64,000 bases of DNA from positions 1 to 64,000 of the forward strand of contig JBDRPD010000012.1 in the NCBI GenBank assembly GCA_043827405.1. Reading direction: 5' to 3'. Positions 36,182 to 48,203 of this stretch are shown in pieces; position 1 is the first letter of the stretch; every line of letters begins with the position of its first letter. The position numbers and the translations under genes were made by a program. This stretch comes from Elusimicrobiota bacterium (GTDB taxonomy: Bacteria; Elusimicrobiota; Elusimicrobia; UBA1565). Under the pieces are notes generated by a model that saw only the letters and a program-made list of their open reading frames with translations, did not search any database and was not told the origin of the DNA.

Positions 36182-37930
36182 CTAGTCGCCCGACCAGGGG
36201 TTGAAGCCGCCGCCGCGAACCGGCGCCTCGGCGCACAGCCGCCGGTACTCTTCGAGCTGCGCCTTGGTGGCGCCGCGCTGCACCAGCGACGCATAGGTCA
36301 TGCCGTAGTGCATGTTGTACTCGGTCGAGGACCAGGGACGGCCCTTGTAGGAAGCGACCGACTGCGCGGCGCTCTTGATCACGTCGTCGGATAGCGTGCC
36401 CACGGCGACGGCGCTTTTGACCATGCCCAAGGCTTCGAGCGCGGGCGCGACGTCCTTGCCCAGCGCGCCTTCCGGCACCGCCAAAATGTAGGTCCGGCTG
36501 CCGAGATCCTCGAGCACCGTCAAGCCGCGCTCGCGCAGCAGGTCGGCGATCTGATCCTCGCCGACCGCGGACTCAATGATGCCGCCGACGATGACGGTAT
36601 CCGCGAACTGCAGGACGATCCGCCGCTCATCCGGCGCTGCCGCGAGTACGGGGGAAGCGTACAGGACCAGAGCGGAATCGGTCAGCGCCGCCGCGCCGCC
36701 GCCGACGCGATAGATGCCGTCGCGGTCCACTTCGAGGACCGTCAGGCCCTGCGCGCGAAGGGCCGCTCCGATCTCCTGCTCGGTGACTTCGACTTCTACC
36801 GCGATCTCGAATTCGACGACACGAGTCTTCTTAAAAACAACGTGAAACTGGTTCTCCTCCGGGATCTCGACTGTCGCCGGCGTGGCGTAGTGCACGATGC
36901 CCAGACCGGACATCTCCTTGGCGACGGCCTCGGCTTCAGCTTTGCCGGTCACCGCTACTTTATACATACCCTTGCCCAGACGGCTGAGCAGACGCAGGCC
37001 GTTCTCTTCGAGATATTCGGCGATGTCGCGCTCGGTGACTTCCTTCACGAAGTGGATTCCTTCGGGAGTGCTCCCGATGACCTTGCTGTTAAAGCGTATG
37101 GTCAGCTGCTGCTCGACCGGAGGCATCGGCGCCGGCAGGCGGCGCAGCGCCGGCTTGGGATCGTCGCGGCCGATGGTCGCCCGGAAGGAGCCGAGATGCG
37201 TCGGGCCCTGCGTCCAGTCGACGACGAAGCGCACGCCGCCGCGCGTCTCCTCGATCTCACGCACCGTGAGAACTGGAGCGACCGGTCCCAGCAGGTTTAC
37301 GCCCATGCGGCCGAGCTCGCGAAACCAGCCCGCCTTGCGGCGCGTGAGGCTTTCCCGAAACATTTCCTGATGCTCCGCGGAGATGCCCTTGGCAAAGGAG
37401 ACCTCATTTACCGCCGCCTTCTTGCGCGCCGGCACATTGGACCACTTCTCCGCTGATGGCACGACATTCGCGGCCTGCTTCTTGGCGCCGTCGAAGTACA
37501 GCTGGATGCTTTCGGGATAGGCCGAGATCTTGTTGAGCGCGGCGCGCACACCTTGCGGTTTGGCCTGCATGCCCGTCGGCGACGCGACGGTATTGCCGGG
37601 CAGGACCTTCGCGCCGGGTACATGGCGCAGCACCGTACTCGGTCCGGATACAGTAACCGCGGCATTGAACTTCACGCTGGGCAGTACCGGCGACTTAAAC
37701 TGCAGGCTGCTCATGCCCGGTAAAGAGCTGCCCAAAGAAAACGTCTGCATGCCGCCGAGCTGCGGATTGACGGCACTGCGCAGCAGCGCTCCGGCGCCCA
37801 CCGCGGCCGGCACCGCGCCGATAGGAGAGGCGGCCTTGCCGACGGAGGCGGCGATTCCTCCCTGCGCCTGAGCGGACGCCGCGACGAGAGATGATGCGGC
37901 AATTAGGGAAAGCAGTTTAGAGAAATTCAT
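36182..37930 (-). CDS. Secreted hypothetical protein with three internal alpha/beta repeats
   Basis: Signal peptide, low-complexity N-region, and three repeats of the form xxxxF...IaxxLxxxGLxxL...Y. Confidence 0.7.
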   Translation of the reverse strand: MNFSKLLSLIAASSLVAASAQAQGGIAASVGKAASPIGAVPAAVGAGALLRSAVNPQLGGMQTFSLGSSLPGMSSLQFKSPVLPSVKFNAAVTVSGPSTVLRHVPGAKVLPGNTVASPTGMQAKPQGVRAALNKISAYPESIQLYFDGAKKQAANVVPSAEKWSNVPARKKAAVNEVSFAKGISAEHQEMFRESLTRRKAGWFRELGRMGVNLLGPVAPVLTVREIEETRGGVRFVVDWTQGPTHLGSFRATIGRDDPKPALRRLPAPMPPVEQQLTIRFNSKVIGSTPEGIHFVKEVTERDIAEYLEENGLRLLSRLGKGMYKVAVTGKAEAEAVAKEMSGLGIVHYATPATVEIPEENQFHVVFKKTRVVEFEIAVEVEVTEQEIGAALRAQGLTVLEVDRDGIYRVGGGAAALTDSALVLYASPVLAAAPDERRIVLQFADTVIVGGIIESAVGEDQIADLLRERGLTVLEDLGSRTYILAVPEGALGKDVAPALEALGMVKSAVAVGTLSDDVIKSAAQSVASYKGRPWSSTEYNMHYGMTYASLVQRGATKAQLEEYRRLCAEAPVRGGGFNPWSGD

Positions 37931-38017
37931 AAGGATATTTTATCGCCTCGGGGCGGCGCCGTTATAGGCCGGACGGGGACTCTTCCCGCCTCCTTATGGC
38001 CTAGAGATTACTGGGTC

Positions 38018-39535
38018 CTAAATCCCGTAGGCGAGGACGTCGCGGGCGCCGTCGAGCAGCCGGCGGCGAATGGCGAGAAATGCCGGCGCGCTTAAGGATT
38101 CGATGGGATTGAGCTCGTCGGTGAGCGGCGGACCCGCGGCCTCCGCCGCGGGCAGATAGCTGTCGCGGACCGCCGCATAGTAGCGCGCGAGCGCCGGACG
38201 GGCGAGCGCCGGATCGCGCCGGAATACCAGCGGCTGGCGCGACGCGGTGAATATCAAGTTGACATACTCTGTCTGGTAGTCGAGATCCCGGTTGGCCGCC
38301 AGTACGCGGACATGCGGAAAGACGCGGCGCAAAGTTCGCTCGACGGCCCGCCGCAGCTCGCCCTGCGGTCCATGAGCGTAGCCGATAATATTGACCGCCA
38401 GAACGCCGTCCGCCGTGAGCCGCTCGGCGGCGGCGGCGAAAGCCTCGAGGCTGAACAGGTGGTATGGATGCTGGTCGCCGTTGAAGGCGTCGAGCACGAT
38501 GAAGTCGTAGGACTCCGCACCGTGCATCAGCCAGCGCCGGCCGTCGCCGATCTTGGTCCGGCCGCTCGGGCGAAAGCCGAACCAGCGCCGCGCGACCCGC
38601 TCCATCGCCGGATCGACTTCCACGACGTCGGTGACGATTCCGTAGTGAGCGCGAAATCGATGGACCAAAGCGCCGCCGCCCAAGCCCACCAACAGGGCCC
38701 GCCTGGCCTCCGGACGCAGGAATGCCGTAAGTTCCAGCGCCGAAATATAGTCCGAAGTACTGTCCAGGGTGTCGAGATCGACGACGGTATTGGCGATTCC
38801 GTTCACGTAAAGATAGCGCCGCCCCCAGCTCGCGCGGTCGACGACCAGGATATCGCCGTAGAAGCTCAGCGCGCGAGCGCGCAGTTTGCCGTCCGCAACC
38901 GTCTCCGGAGCGCATAGCCGTCCCGCGCCGGCGGCGGCCAACAGGAGGACCGCTCCCAGACCGCCCGCCCTTTCACGCCATATACACCAGGCCGCCGGCA
39001 GCGCCAGCAGAACCGCCAGCCCCGTGAGCACGGCGCTCGTGGGTACGCGCGGGATAAGATAGAAGCCCGTTGCCAGCGCGCCGAGGACGCTGCCCCCAGT
39101 CGAGACCGCGGAGATCGCGCCGACCTCGCGCCCGAGCCGGCGGAGCGCCTTGGTCCGCAGGCGAATACAGAGCGGGCCGACGCAGCCCAGCGCCGCCAGC
39201 GGCGGACCGAACAGCAGCCCCGCCGCCGCCAGCGCGCCCGCCCGCACCCCGAAGCCCGAAACCGCCGCGAGCGCCGGCCGCTGGAGCACGGGCAGCAGAA
39301 ACAGCCAGCAGGAAGCTCCTCCGAGAACGAGCCCCAGCGCGAGCAGCGGGCGCGGCCGGTCGGCCAGCACGCCGCCCGCGGCGTAGCCCGCGGCCAAAGC
39401 GGCCAGAGTTACCGTAATCAGCGCCGACCAGACATATACCGTGGCGCCGAAATACGGCGCGATGACGCGGGTGCCCAGCAATTCGATAACCAGCACGGCC
39501 GCGCCCGAGAGAAATACGAGCGGATAGTAGATCAT
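38018..39535 (-). CDS. Fused membrane domain / spermidine synthase-like SAM-binding protein
   Basis: Seven N-terminal TMs (SGAAVLVIELLGTR..PYFG), then LLVGLGGG, VEVDP, GDGR and YDFIVLDAF. Confidence 0.88.
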   Translation of the reverse strand: MIYYPLVFLSGAAVLVIELLGTRVIAPYFGATVYVWSALITVTLAALAAGYAAGGVLADRPRPLLALGLVLGGASCWLFLLPVLQRPALAAVSGFGVRAGALAAAGLLFGPPLAALGCVGPLCIRLRTKALRRLGREVGAISAVSTGGSVLGALATGFYLIPRVPTSAVLTGLAVLLALPAAWCIWRERAGGLGAVLLLAAAGAGRLCAPETVADGKLRARALSFYGDILVVDRASWGRRYLYVNGIANTVVDLDTLDSTSDYISALELTAFLRPEARRALLVGLGGGALVHRFRAHYGIVTDVVEVDPAMERVARRWFGFRPSGRTKIGDGRRWLMHGAESYDFIVLDAFNGDQHPYHLFSLEAFAAAAERLTADGVLAVNIIGYAHGPQGELRRAVERTLRRVFPHVRVLAANRDLDYQTEYVNLIFTASRQPLVFRRDPALARPALARYYAAVRDSYLPAAEAAGPPLTDELNPIESLSAPAFLAIRRRLLDGARDVLAYGI

Positions 39536-39539
39536 CGGA

Positions 39540-40079
39540 TCAATCGGCGAACTTGAGCACCTGGCCCTGCCGCAGCCCGTAGCGCTTGGCCGCTCCCGCA
39601 GGGAGCTCCAGCACGTAGCGGCCGAAGCCGCTGCGATAGGCGATCAGGTGGTCCGGCGTGTCCTTTTGGGACCGGGGGACATTGGGATGAATGACGGTAA
39701 TCTTCTTGCCGCGAGACAAAAAGACCATGTCCAGCTCGACGAAAGTATTCTTCATCCAGAAGCTGAGCTTCCGTTGGCGGCCAAAATAGAAGAGCATCCC
39801 CGCGTCCGGGGCCAGCGACTCGCGAAACATCAGCCCCCGCTCGCGGGACTGCGGCGTGCGGGCGGTCTCCACCTTGAGCTGCCGTCCGTCCGGCAGGGTC
39901 AGCGTTGTCTTCCCGTAGAGGTCCGGCGGCGCCTCCTGCGGCGGCAGCGGAATCTCCGGCGGCGGCGGACCCCCCAGGCGAATCTCTGCGGGCGCCACCG
40001 GCTCGCCGGCCGCGGGGACCTCTTGCGCGCGGCAGGCCGCCAGAACCAGGACCAGCGCCAGCGGCACGCCCCACCTCAT
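39540..40079 (-). CDS. DUF192-family lipoprotein
   Basis: Lipobox LAAC, RERGLMFR, GMLF, FWMKNT and YVLELPAG. Confidence 0.88.
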   Translation of the reverse strand: MRWGVPLALVLVLAACRAQEVPAAGEPVAPAEIRLGGPPPPEIPLPPQEAPPDLYGKTTLTLPDGRQLKVETARTPQSRERGLMFRESLAPDAGMLFYFGRQRKLSFWMKNTFVELDMVFLSRGKKITVIHPNVPRSQKDTPDHLIAYRSGFGRYVLELPAGAAKRYGLRQGQVLKFAD

Positions 40080-40561
40080 GGCGAGCGCGGCACCGGAGCG
40101 CCGCGTACCCGCGCGACTTCCTCCGCCCGCTTTTCGACTTCGCGCCGCTTGGCGACCGCGCGCTCATACAGCGAATCAAAATCGACGCCGAACTCCTGCG
40201 CCAAGTCGCGCAGCCGCATCTTCTTGTCATGGCGTGCGTCGACGTAGTCAAAGGATTTGCCGGCGGCTTCGGCCAGCAGGATCATCTGAATCAGCTCGAA
40301 ACGGTAGCGCTTGCGGTGCAGCAGCCGCGCGATTTCCACATGCGGCGCGTCCGTCGAGATGCCGACCGCCGCCCAGGTCGCCGAGCTGAAGGACAGGCTG
40401 ATCGCCAAAGTGGTCGGCGTGGGCTGGGGCTTGGGCGGGTCCTTCTTCCGCTCGCCGAAAAAGGACACGGGCGCCTCTTCGGCCGGCGCCGCGGGCTGCG
40501 CCGCCGCGTCCGCGGCGGCGGCGCATAGGCAAACCAGCGCCGGGATCAGGAATCGAGCCAT
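40076..40561 (-). CDS. Secreted hypothetical protein
   Basis: Signal peptide; overlaps both neighbouring genes in operon fashion. Confidence 0.65.
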   Translation of the reverse strand: MARFLIPALVCLCAAAADAAAQPAAPAEEAPVSFFGERKKDPPKPQPTPTTLAISLSFSSATWAAVGISTDAPHVEIARLLHRKRYRFELIQMILLAEAAGKSFDYVDARHDKKMRLRDLAQEFGVDFDSLYERAVAKRREVEKRAEEVARVRGAPVPRSP

Positions 40562-40983
40562 AGCGTGACCGGGCCGTCGTTGATGATATCCACTTCCATT
40601 TTGGCGCCGAACTCGCCGGTTTTCACGGCGACGCCCAAAGACGCCAGCTCCGCGGCAAAGGCGGCGTAGAGCGGCTCGGCCCGTTCCGGCGGCATCGAGC
40701 CGGTGAAATCCGGACGCCGTCCCTTGCGGCAGTCCCCGTAGAGCGTAAACTGGCTGACCACGAGCGCGCCGCCTCCGATATCGAGCACGGAGCGGTCGAA
40801 CTTTCCCTGCTCGTTGGGGAAGATGCGCAGGTTCGCCGCCTTGGCGGCCATCCTGCGGGCGAGCGCCTCATTATCGTCCGGTCCGACGCCGACAAACACG
40901 CATAGACCGCGCTCGATCGCACGCGGCTCGCCGCCGTTCACGCGGACCGCCGCCCGGCTCACACGCTGTATCAGCAGTCTCAT
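40546..40983 (-). CDS. dtd: D-aminoacyl-tRNA deacylase
   Basis: MRLLIQRV, LRIF, VSQFTL, FGAKM and NDGPVT. Confidence 0.95.
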   Translation of the reverse strand: MRLLIQRVSRAAVRVNGGEPRAIERGLCVFVGVGPDDNEALARRMAAKAANLRIFPNEQGKFDRSVLDIGGGALVVSQFTLYGDCRKGRRPDFTGSMPPERAEPLYAAFAAELASLGVAVKTGEFGAKMEVDIINDGPVTLWLDS

Positions 40984-41060
40984 AGCTTCATCTATTGAAC
41001 GCTGGTCGATTTTAGTATACTTCATAAATATCGGTAAAATTCCCCAATAGGATAACTTCC

Positions 41061-41294
41061 ATGGTGACAGGACTTGTGCTTATCCGGCTGATGTCCGGCA
41101 AAGAGAAAGACGCTCTCGCGAAGATCAAAGGGACGCGCGGCGTCGCCCACGTGTCCGCGGTGTTTGGCCGCTGGGATCTCGTGCTCGATATGGAGACCGA
41201 CGATCTCGCCAGCCTTTCGAACATCATCGTAGAGGATATCCGCTCGATACCCGGCGTCCTGTCCACGGAGTCGCTGGTCACCACCGCCATCTAG
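41061..41294 (+). CDS. Stand-alone Lrp/AsnC ligand-binding (RAM) domain protein
   Basis: 77 aa, VFGRWDLV and IRSIPGVLSTES, no HTH. Confidence 0.85.
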   Translation: MVTGLVLIRLMSGKEKDALAKIKGTRGVAHVSAVFGRWDLVLDMETDDLASLSNIIVEDIRSIPGVLSTESLVTTAI

Positions 41295-41310
41295 CTCCGG
41301 CCCGCAGCGG

Positions 41311-42320
41311 ATGCCTGAGCCCCTCCTCTCCATACGGAACCTGCAGACGCGGTTCCTTATGGAAGAGTACACCGTTCGCGCCGTGGACGGCCTGAGCTAC
41401 GACCTCCGTGCGGGCGAGACGCTCGCCATCGTCGGCGAGTCCGGCAGCGGCAAAAGCGTGCACGCCCTGTCGATCCTGCAGCTCCTGCCGCGCCCGCCGG
41501 CCGAAATCGCCGGCGGCGAGATTCTCTACCGGGGCCGCGACCTGCTGCGGCTCGACGAGAACGAAGTGCGCAAGCTGCGCGGCAACCACATCGCGATGAT
41601 TTTCCAGGAGCCGATGACGTCGCTCAATCCTGTGCTGCCGATCGGCGAGCAGATCGCCGAAGCGGTGCGGCTGCACCAAGGGAAGACGCCGGAGGCGGCC
41701 CAGGAGCGGGCGATCGAGCTGCTGCAAAAGGTCGGAATCCCGGCGCCCGCCAAGCGCATCCACGACTACCCGCACCAGTTTTCGGGCGGCATGCGCCAGC
41801 GCGTCATGATCGCAATCGCCCTGTCCTGCGACCCGGACATCCTCATCGCCGATGAGCCCACCACGGCGCTCGACGTCACGATCCAGGCGCAGATTCTGGA
41901 GCTCATGAAAGAGCTCCAGCAGGAGCTGCGGATGGCGCTCGTCCTCATCACCCATAATATCGGCGTGGTCGCCGGCATGGCGGACCACGCGGTAGTCATG
42001 TATGCCGGGCGCGCCGTCGAAAAAGCCCGCGTCGAGGAGATATTCGCCTCGCCGCAGCACCCCTACACCCGCGCGCTGCTGCAGTCGGTGCCGTCGATCT
42101 TCACCCGCAAAGACCGTCTCGCAACCATCCAGGGCCAGCCGCCGGACCTGTCCCTGCCGAGCACCGGCTGCCCGTTCGCGCCGCGCTGCCCGCAGGTCCA
42201 GGAGCGCTGCCGGACCGCAGACCCTCCCGAGTTCATGCTCAAGGGCGAGCGCATGAGCAACTGCTGGATCGCCGAGGACGCCGCCGAGAGCGAACGTCCG
42301 CGCCGCCGAGCCGCCGCCGT

Positions 42321-42324
<4 letters not shown>
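41311..42324 (+). CDS. Oligopeptide/dipeptide ABC ATPase (OppD/DppD-like)
   Basis: [24 protein letters not shown] and C-terminal GCPFAPRC. Confidence 0.94.
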
Positions 42325-43334
<1,010 letters not shown>

Positions 43335-43365
43335 ACGGAAAAAGTTGTAACATAGCCCTCCGCTC

Positions 43366-44352
43366 ATGCCGCAGAAAATCCTCGAGGTCGAGAACCTCAC
43401 GACGGAATTCCATGTAGAGGAAGGAGTCGCCCGCGCCGTTGACGGGGTCTCCTTCGATCTGACGGCGGGGGAAACTCTGGGCATCGTCGGCGAGTCGGGC
43501 TCGGGTAAATCCGTCACCTCGCTGTCTCTAATGCGTCTGGTTCCGGACCCGCCGGGACGGATCCTGCCCGGCTCGCGGATCATGATCGACGGGCAGTCGA
43601 TCATGGAACTCTCCGAGCGGAAGATGCAGAAAATCCGCGGCACGGAAATCGCCATGATCTTCCAGGACCCGATGACGGCGCTGAACCCCGTCTTTACCAT
43701 AGGCAGCCAGCTCTCCGAGGTGCTGATGCGCCACCAGGACCTGGACGCTCGGGCGGCCCAGCGGCGTTCGGTCGAGCTCCTGGAGATGGTCGGCATCCCG
43801 GCGCCCGACAAGCGGGTCCATGAGTATCCGCACCAGCTCTCCGGCGGCATGCGCCAGCGGGCGATGATCGCTATGGCGCTCTCCTGCAACCCCAAGATTC
43901 TGCTCGCCGACGAACCGACCACCGCGCTCGACGTCACGATCCAGGCGCAGATTCTGGAGCTCATCAACCAGCTGCAGCGGAAAATCCGCATGGCCACGAT
44001 CCTGATCACGCATGACCTGGCGGTGGTGGCCGAAACCTGCGACCGGGTGATCGTTATGTACTGCGGCCGGATCGTGGAGGAAGCCGGCGTCTATGAACTC
44101 TTCGCCGCGCCCCGCCACCCCTACACCCGCGGGCTTATCGATTCCATCCCGCGCATCGACGAGCCGGAGGGGGAAGAGCCCCGGGAGCTCAATGCCATCC
44201 CCGGCATCGTCCCGGATATCCACAGCCTGCCTCCCGGCTGCCGCTTCTCCGATCGCTGCTTCAAGGCGCAGGATAAATGCCGCGGCGAAAACCCCGAGCT
44301 CGCATCCGACAAGGAGAGCGGACGCCGCGTCGCCTGCCACTTCCCGCTATGA
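43366..44352 (+). CDS. Second OppD/DppD-like ABC ATPase
   Basis: [16 protein letters not shown] and DEPTTALD. Confidence 0.94.
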   Translation: MPQKILEVENLTTEFHVEEGVARAVDGVSFDLTAGETLGIVGESGSGKSVTSLSLMRLVPDPPGRILPGSRIMIDGQSIMELSERKMQKIRGTEIAMIFQDPMTALNPVFTIGSQLSEVLMRHQDLDARAAQRRSVELLEMVGIPAPDKRVHEYPHQLSGGMRQRAMIAMALSCNPKILLADEPTTALDVTIQAQILELINQLQRKIRMATILITHDLAVVAETCDRVIVMYCGRIVEEAGVYELFAAPRHPYTRGLIDSIPRIDEPEGEEPRELNAIPGIVPDIHSLPPGCRFSDRCFKAQDKCRGENPELASDKESGRRVACHFPL

Positions 44353-45332
44353 GCGCTCTGCTTGAGGTGCAGAATATCAAGAAGCACTTCCCGATACTCG
44401 GCGGCGTCTTCCGCCGGGTGGTGGGACACGTCTATGCGGTGGACGGCGTCTCCTTCGCCCTGCGCCAGGGCGAAACTTTGGGCCTGGTGGGGGAATCCGG
44501 CTGCGGCAAGTCCACGCTCGGCCGCACCATCATCCGTCTCTACGACGTAACGGACGGCCGCCTGGTCTTCGACGGACGCGATATCTCCCACACCAAAAGC
44601 CGGGAGCTCATGCCGGTGCGGCGTGAGATGTCGATGATCTTCCAGGACCCCTATGCGAGTCTCAATCCGCGCATGACCGTCTCCGACATCATCCAGGCGC
44701 CGCTGCGGGTACACCGCGTCGGCACTCCCGCCGAGCGCCGGGAGAAGGTCGCCCACCTGCTCGACGTCGTCGGCCTGCGCTCCAAGATGGCCAACCGCTA
44801 CCCGCACGAGTTCTCGGGCGGGCAGCGCCAGCGCATCGGCAGCGCCCGCGCCCTCATCCTCCATCCCAAGCTGGTCATCGCCGATGAGCCGGTCTCGGCG
44901 CTTGACGTCTCGATCCAGGCCCAGGTCATCAACCTCATGGCCCGGCTCAAAGAGGAGTTCAAGCTCACCTATATTTTCATCGCCCATGACCTGTCCGTGG
45001 TCAAGCATATCAGCACCGCGGTGGCGGTGATGTATCTGGGCCACATCGTGGAGAAGACGGCGGCCAAGACTTTGTATGCCGGGCCGAAGCACCCCTATAC
45101 CCAGGCGCTGATCGCCTCCATTCCGATCGCCGATCCGCGCAAGCGCGCCAAGAAGCAAAGCCTGCAGGGCGATATCCCGAGCCCGATCAAGCCGCCGCCC
45201 GGCTGCGTCTTCCATACCCGCTGCCCGCTGGCCGAGGAGCGCTGCCGCCGGGAAGTCCCGGCGCTGCGCGATCTGGGAAGGAAGGACGGCGAGCACCTGG
45301 TCGCCTGCCATCTCGCGAGAGGAGAGCGATGA
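44349..45332 (+). CDS. Second OppF/DppF-like ABC ATPase
   Basis: ATG at 44349 (ATGA overlap). [16 protein letters not shown] and DEPVSALD. Confidence 0.94.
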   Translation: MSALLEVQNIKKHFPILGGVFRRVVGHVYAVDGVSFALRQGETLGLVGESGCGKSTLGRTIIRLYDVTDGRLVFDGRDISHTKSRELMPVRREMSMIFQDPYASLNPRMTVSDIIQAPLRVHRVGTPAERREKVAHLLDVVGLRSKMANRYPHEFSGGQRQRIGSARALILHPKLVIADEPVSALDVSIQAQVINLMARLKEEFKLTYIFIAHDLSVVKHISTAVAVMYLGHIVEKTAAKTLYAGPKHPYTQALIASIPIADPRKRAKKQSLQGDIPSPIKPPPGCVFHTRCPLAEERCRREVPALRDLGRKDGEHLVACHLARGER

Positions 45333-47122
45333 AGCGCAGCATCGCCGCCGCGCTCGCGCTGCTGCTGGCCGCCTGCTCGCAAGGCGGCGCTCCCAAGCCC
45401 GGAGAAAAGGTGCTGGAGATCGGCGCCGTGGCCGTGGCGGGCTCATCGGATCCCAACAACCTGAACTCGATGTACGACCTGGACTTGGCCAACCTGGTCT
45501 ACGATACCCTCTACGAGTACGAGTACCTGGTCCGCCCCTATAAGCTCAAGCCGGCCATGGCGGAGGGCATGCCGCAAATTTCCAAGGACGGGCTGACCTA
45601 TACCATCAAGCTTAAAAAGGGCCTGTTCTACGCCGACGACAAATGCTTTGCCGAGCGCGGGGGCCGGGGCCGCGAGGCCGTGGTCGGAGACTTCATCTTC
45701 AACCTCAAGCGCAAAGCGGACGCCGGCTCCCGCTCCACGAACTGGTGGCTGGTCAACAGCCGCATCGCGGGTTTAAACGAGCTGCGCCAGAAATACCAAG
45801 GCCGGGACTTCGACTATGACGCCGAGGTCGAAGGTCTCAAGGCGCTCGACGACCACACGCTGCAGATCACGCTGACCAAGCCTTTCCCGCAGATTATGTG
45901 GATTCTGGCCATGGCCGGCATGGCCCTCTACCCGCCCGAATGCGCGCGCTTCTACGGCCAGGACTTCGCCAACCATCCGGTGGGGACCGGTCCCTTCCGC
46001 ATGGTGGAGTGGCAGAAGAACGCCCGCTACATCCTGACGCGCAACGAGAAATACCGCGAAGACCTCTACCCGGCGAAGGGCGAAGAAGAAGACAAGGCGG
46101 CGGGACGGCTCGCCGACGCCGGCAAGCGCCTGCCCTTCGCCGACCGCCTCATCGTCCATGAGTTCAGTCAGTCCCAGCCCTACTGGCTGCAGTTCCGCGC
46201 CGGCAAGTTCGCCTTCAGCCGCGTCCCCGGCGAAGCCTCGGAGGAAGTTTTCCGCATCGAGAAGCGCGTCGGCAACCGCCGCGTCTGGCAGCGCGGCGCA
46301 GGCGGGCACCGGGTGCTTACCGAAAAGTTCGCGGCCAAGAACGCTTACTACCCGCTGCCGCTGATCGATTTCGTGTACCGCGGCTTTAACTATGAAGACC
46401 CGGTCATCGGGGGCGAGAAGGGAAGGAAGGTGCGCCAGGCCCTGCAGCTGGCCCACGACATCGGAGAGAACAACGACCTGTTCTACAACGGGCTCAACAA
46501 GATATACGCCGGCATCATCCCGCCGGGGGTCTACGACTTCGATCCGCGAGTAAAGAGCCCGTATCACGGCCCCGACATCAAGCGCGCCAAGGAGCTGCTG
46601 GCCGAAGCGGGCTACCCCGGCGGCGCCGGGCTCGAGCCGCTCAAGCTCTGCGGCGGCGAAAGCGCCGCCTCGATGAACATCGCCACCCATTTTATCGGCG
46701 CCGCCAAGAAGCTCGGGGTCAAGGTCATCTACGACGCCAGCCGCTTCGCCGAGCTGTCCAAAAAGATCAAGGAGCGCCGCTGCCAGATGATGGGTCTGGC
46801 CTGGGGCGCCGACTGGCCCGACGCGCAAAACTTCATCCAGCTCATGTACGGCCCCAATAAATCGCCCGGCTCCAACGGCACCAACTACGACAACCCGGTC
46901 GTCAACCGCCTCTACGAAAGAGCGGCCGTCATGCCCGAGGGTCCCGAGCGGCACAAGATCTTTCAAGAGATCAACCGCATCGTGATCGAAGACGTGCCGT
47001 TTACAGGATCGATGGCGCGCACCCGCGACTACCTCATACCGCACGGGACGCTGAATTTCAAGCCGGAAGAGATGATCCACAACCACGCGAAGTACATACG
47101 GCTTAAGAAATGGGACGAATAA
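45329..47122 (+). CDS. ABC substrate-binding lipoprotein, family 5 (OppA-like)
   Basis: Lipobox LAAC, ISKDGLTYTIKLKKG, PVGTGPF and WGADWPD. Confidence 0.9.
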   Translation: MKRSIAAALALLLAACSQGGAPKPGEKVLEIGAVAVAGSSDPNNLNSMYDLDLANLVYDTLYEYEYLVRPYKLKPAMAEGMPQISKDGLTYTIKLKKGLFYADDKCFAERGGRGREAVVGDFIFNLKRKADAGSRSTNWWLVNSRIAGLNELRQKYQGRDFDYDAEVEGLKALDDHTLQITLTKPFPQIMWILAMAGMALYPPECARFYGQDFANHPVGTGPFRMVEWQKNARYILTRNEKYREDLYPAKGEEEDKAAGRLADAGKRLPFADRLIVHEFSQSQPYWLQFRAGKFAFSRVPGEASEEVFRIEKRVGNRRVWQRGAGGHRVLTEKFAAKNAYYPLPLIDFVYRGFNYEDPVIGGEKGRKVRQALQLAHDIGENNDLFYNGLNKIYAGIIPPGVYDFDPRVKSPYHGPDIKRAKELLAEAGYPGGAGLEPLKLCGGESAASMNIATHFIGAAKKLGVKVIYDASRFAELSKKIKERRCQMMGLAWGADWPDAQNFIQLMYGPNKSPGSNGTNYDNPVVNRLYERAAVMPEGPERHKIFQEINRIVIEDVPFTGSMARTRDYLIPHGTLNFKPEEMIHNHAKYIRLKKWDE

Positions 47123-47249
47123 CGGATATTGCTAAATGTTTCGCCCAGCTTCGCTGGGCGATTGCGCTCGGTTTTGCTGCGCAAAACACGAGCGCTCAAG
47201 AAGTCCTTGACCGCAATCCGCAAGCAGCGCGCGAAGCGCGCAAAATACG

Positions 47250-48203
47250 ATGCTGACCTATATCGCCCGGCGCATGCTCACCATGATCCCGACCTTGTTC
47301 GGGGTATCGGTGCTCGTATTTCTCATCTACCACGTAGTGGGCGACGACCCGGTTTACCTGTATCTGGGCAAGAACGCGACTTTAGCCGATATCGAGGCCA
47401 TGCGCCACGCCATGGGGCTCGACCTGCCGCTGTGGAAGCAGTACCTGGTCGGCATGAAGGAGCTGCTCACTTTGGACCTCGGCTTCTCGATGTCGTCGCA
47501 GCAGAAGATCTCCGACATGTTCATCGAGGGCGTCGGGCCGTCGATCGCGCTCACCATGCCGGCCTTGGTGCTCTATTCGGGCGTCTCGATCATCCTCGGC
47601 CTGGTCTGCGCCTACTGGCGGGGGACTATGGTCGACAAGATGATCATTGTCGGCGCGACGATCGGCATGGCGATCTCTTATGTCGCCGTCATGATCTTCG
47701 GCCAATACCTGCTGGGGTACCTGCCGACCGAGCACGGCTTCAGGCTCTTCGAGATCACCGGCTATGAGCGCGGCATTCCGCGCTGCCTCAAGTACATCGT
47801 CCTGCCCAACCTGATCTCGGTGTTCGTGGCCCTCGGCTACAATACGCGTTTTTTCCGCTCGGTCGCGGTCGAGGAAATGAGCAAAGACTATATCCGCACC
47901 GCCAAGGCCTACGGCGCGGGAACGCGCACCATCCTCTTTAAGCATGTGCTCAAGAACATCCTGCTGCCCATCATCGCCCGCGACGTGGTGACCTTGCCTT
48001 TTCTCATTACGGGCTCATTCCTGCTGGAATCGTTCTTTTCCATCCCCGGCCTGGGATTCAAGCTGCTGCACGCGATCCAGAGCGCCGATTTCAAGGTCAT
48101 CAAAACCTTCACCATGCTGATCGCTTTGCTGGTCGTGATCACCAACACCCTGGCGGACATCCTAAGCAGTCTCGCGGACCCGCGGGTCAAACTGGAATCG
48201 TAG
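47250..48203 (+). CDS. ABC permease (OppB-like)
   Basis: MLTYIARR, DYIRTAKAYG, KHVLKN and ADPRV. Confidence 0.92.
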   Translation: MLTYIARRMLTMIPTLFGVSVLVFLIYHVVGDDPVYLYLGKNATLADIEAMRHAMGLDLPLWKQYLVGMKELLTLDLGFSMSSQQKISDMFIEGVGPSIALTMPALVLYSGVSIILGLVCAYWRGTMVDKMIIVGATIGMAISYVAVMIFGQYLLGYLPTEHGFRLFEITGYERGIPRCLKYIVLPNLISVFVALGYNTRFFRSVAVEEMSKDYIRTAKAYGAGTRTILFKHVLKNILLPIIARDVVTLPFLITGSFLLESFFSIPGLGFKLLHAIQSADFKVIKTFTMLIALLVVITNTLADILSSLADPRVKLES

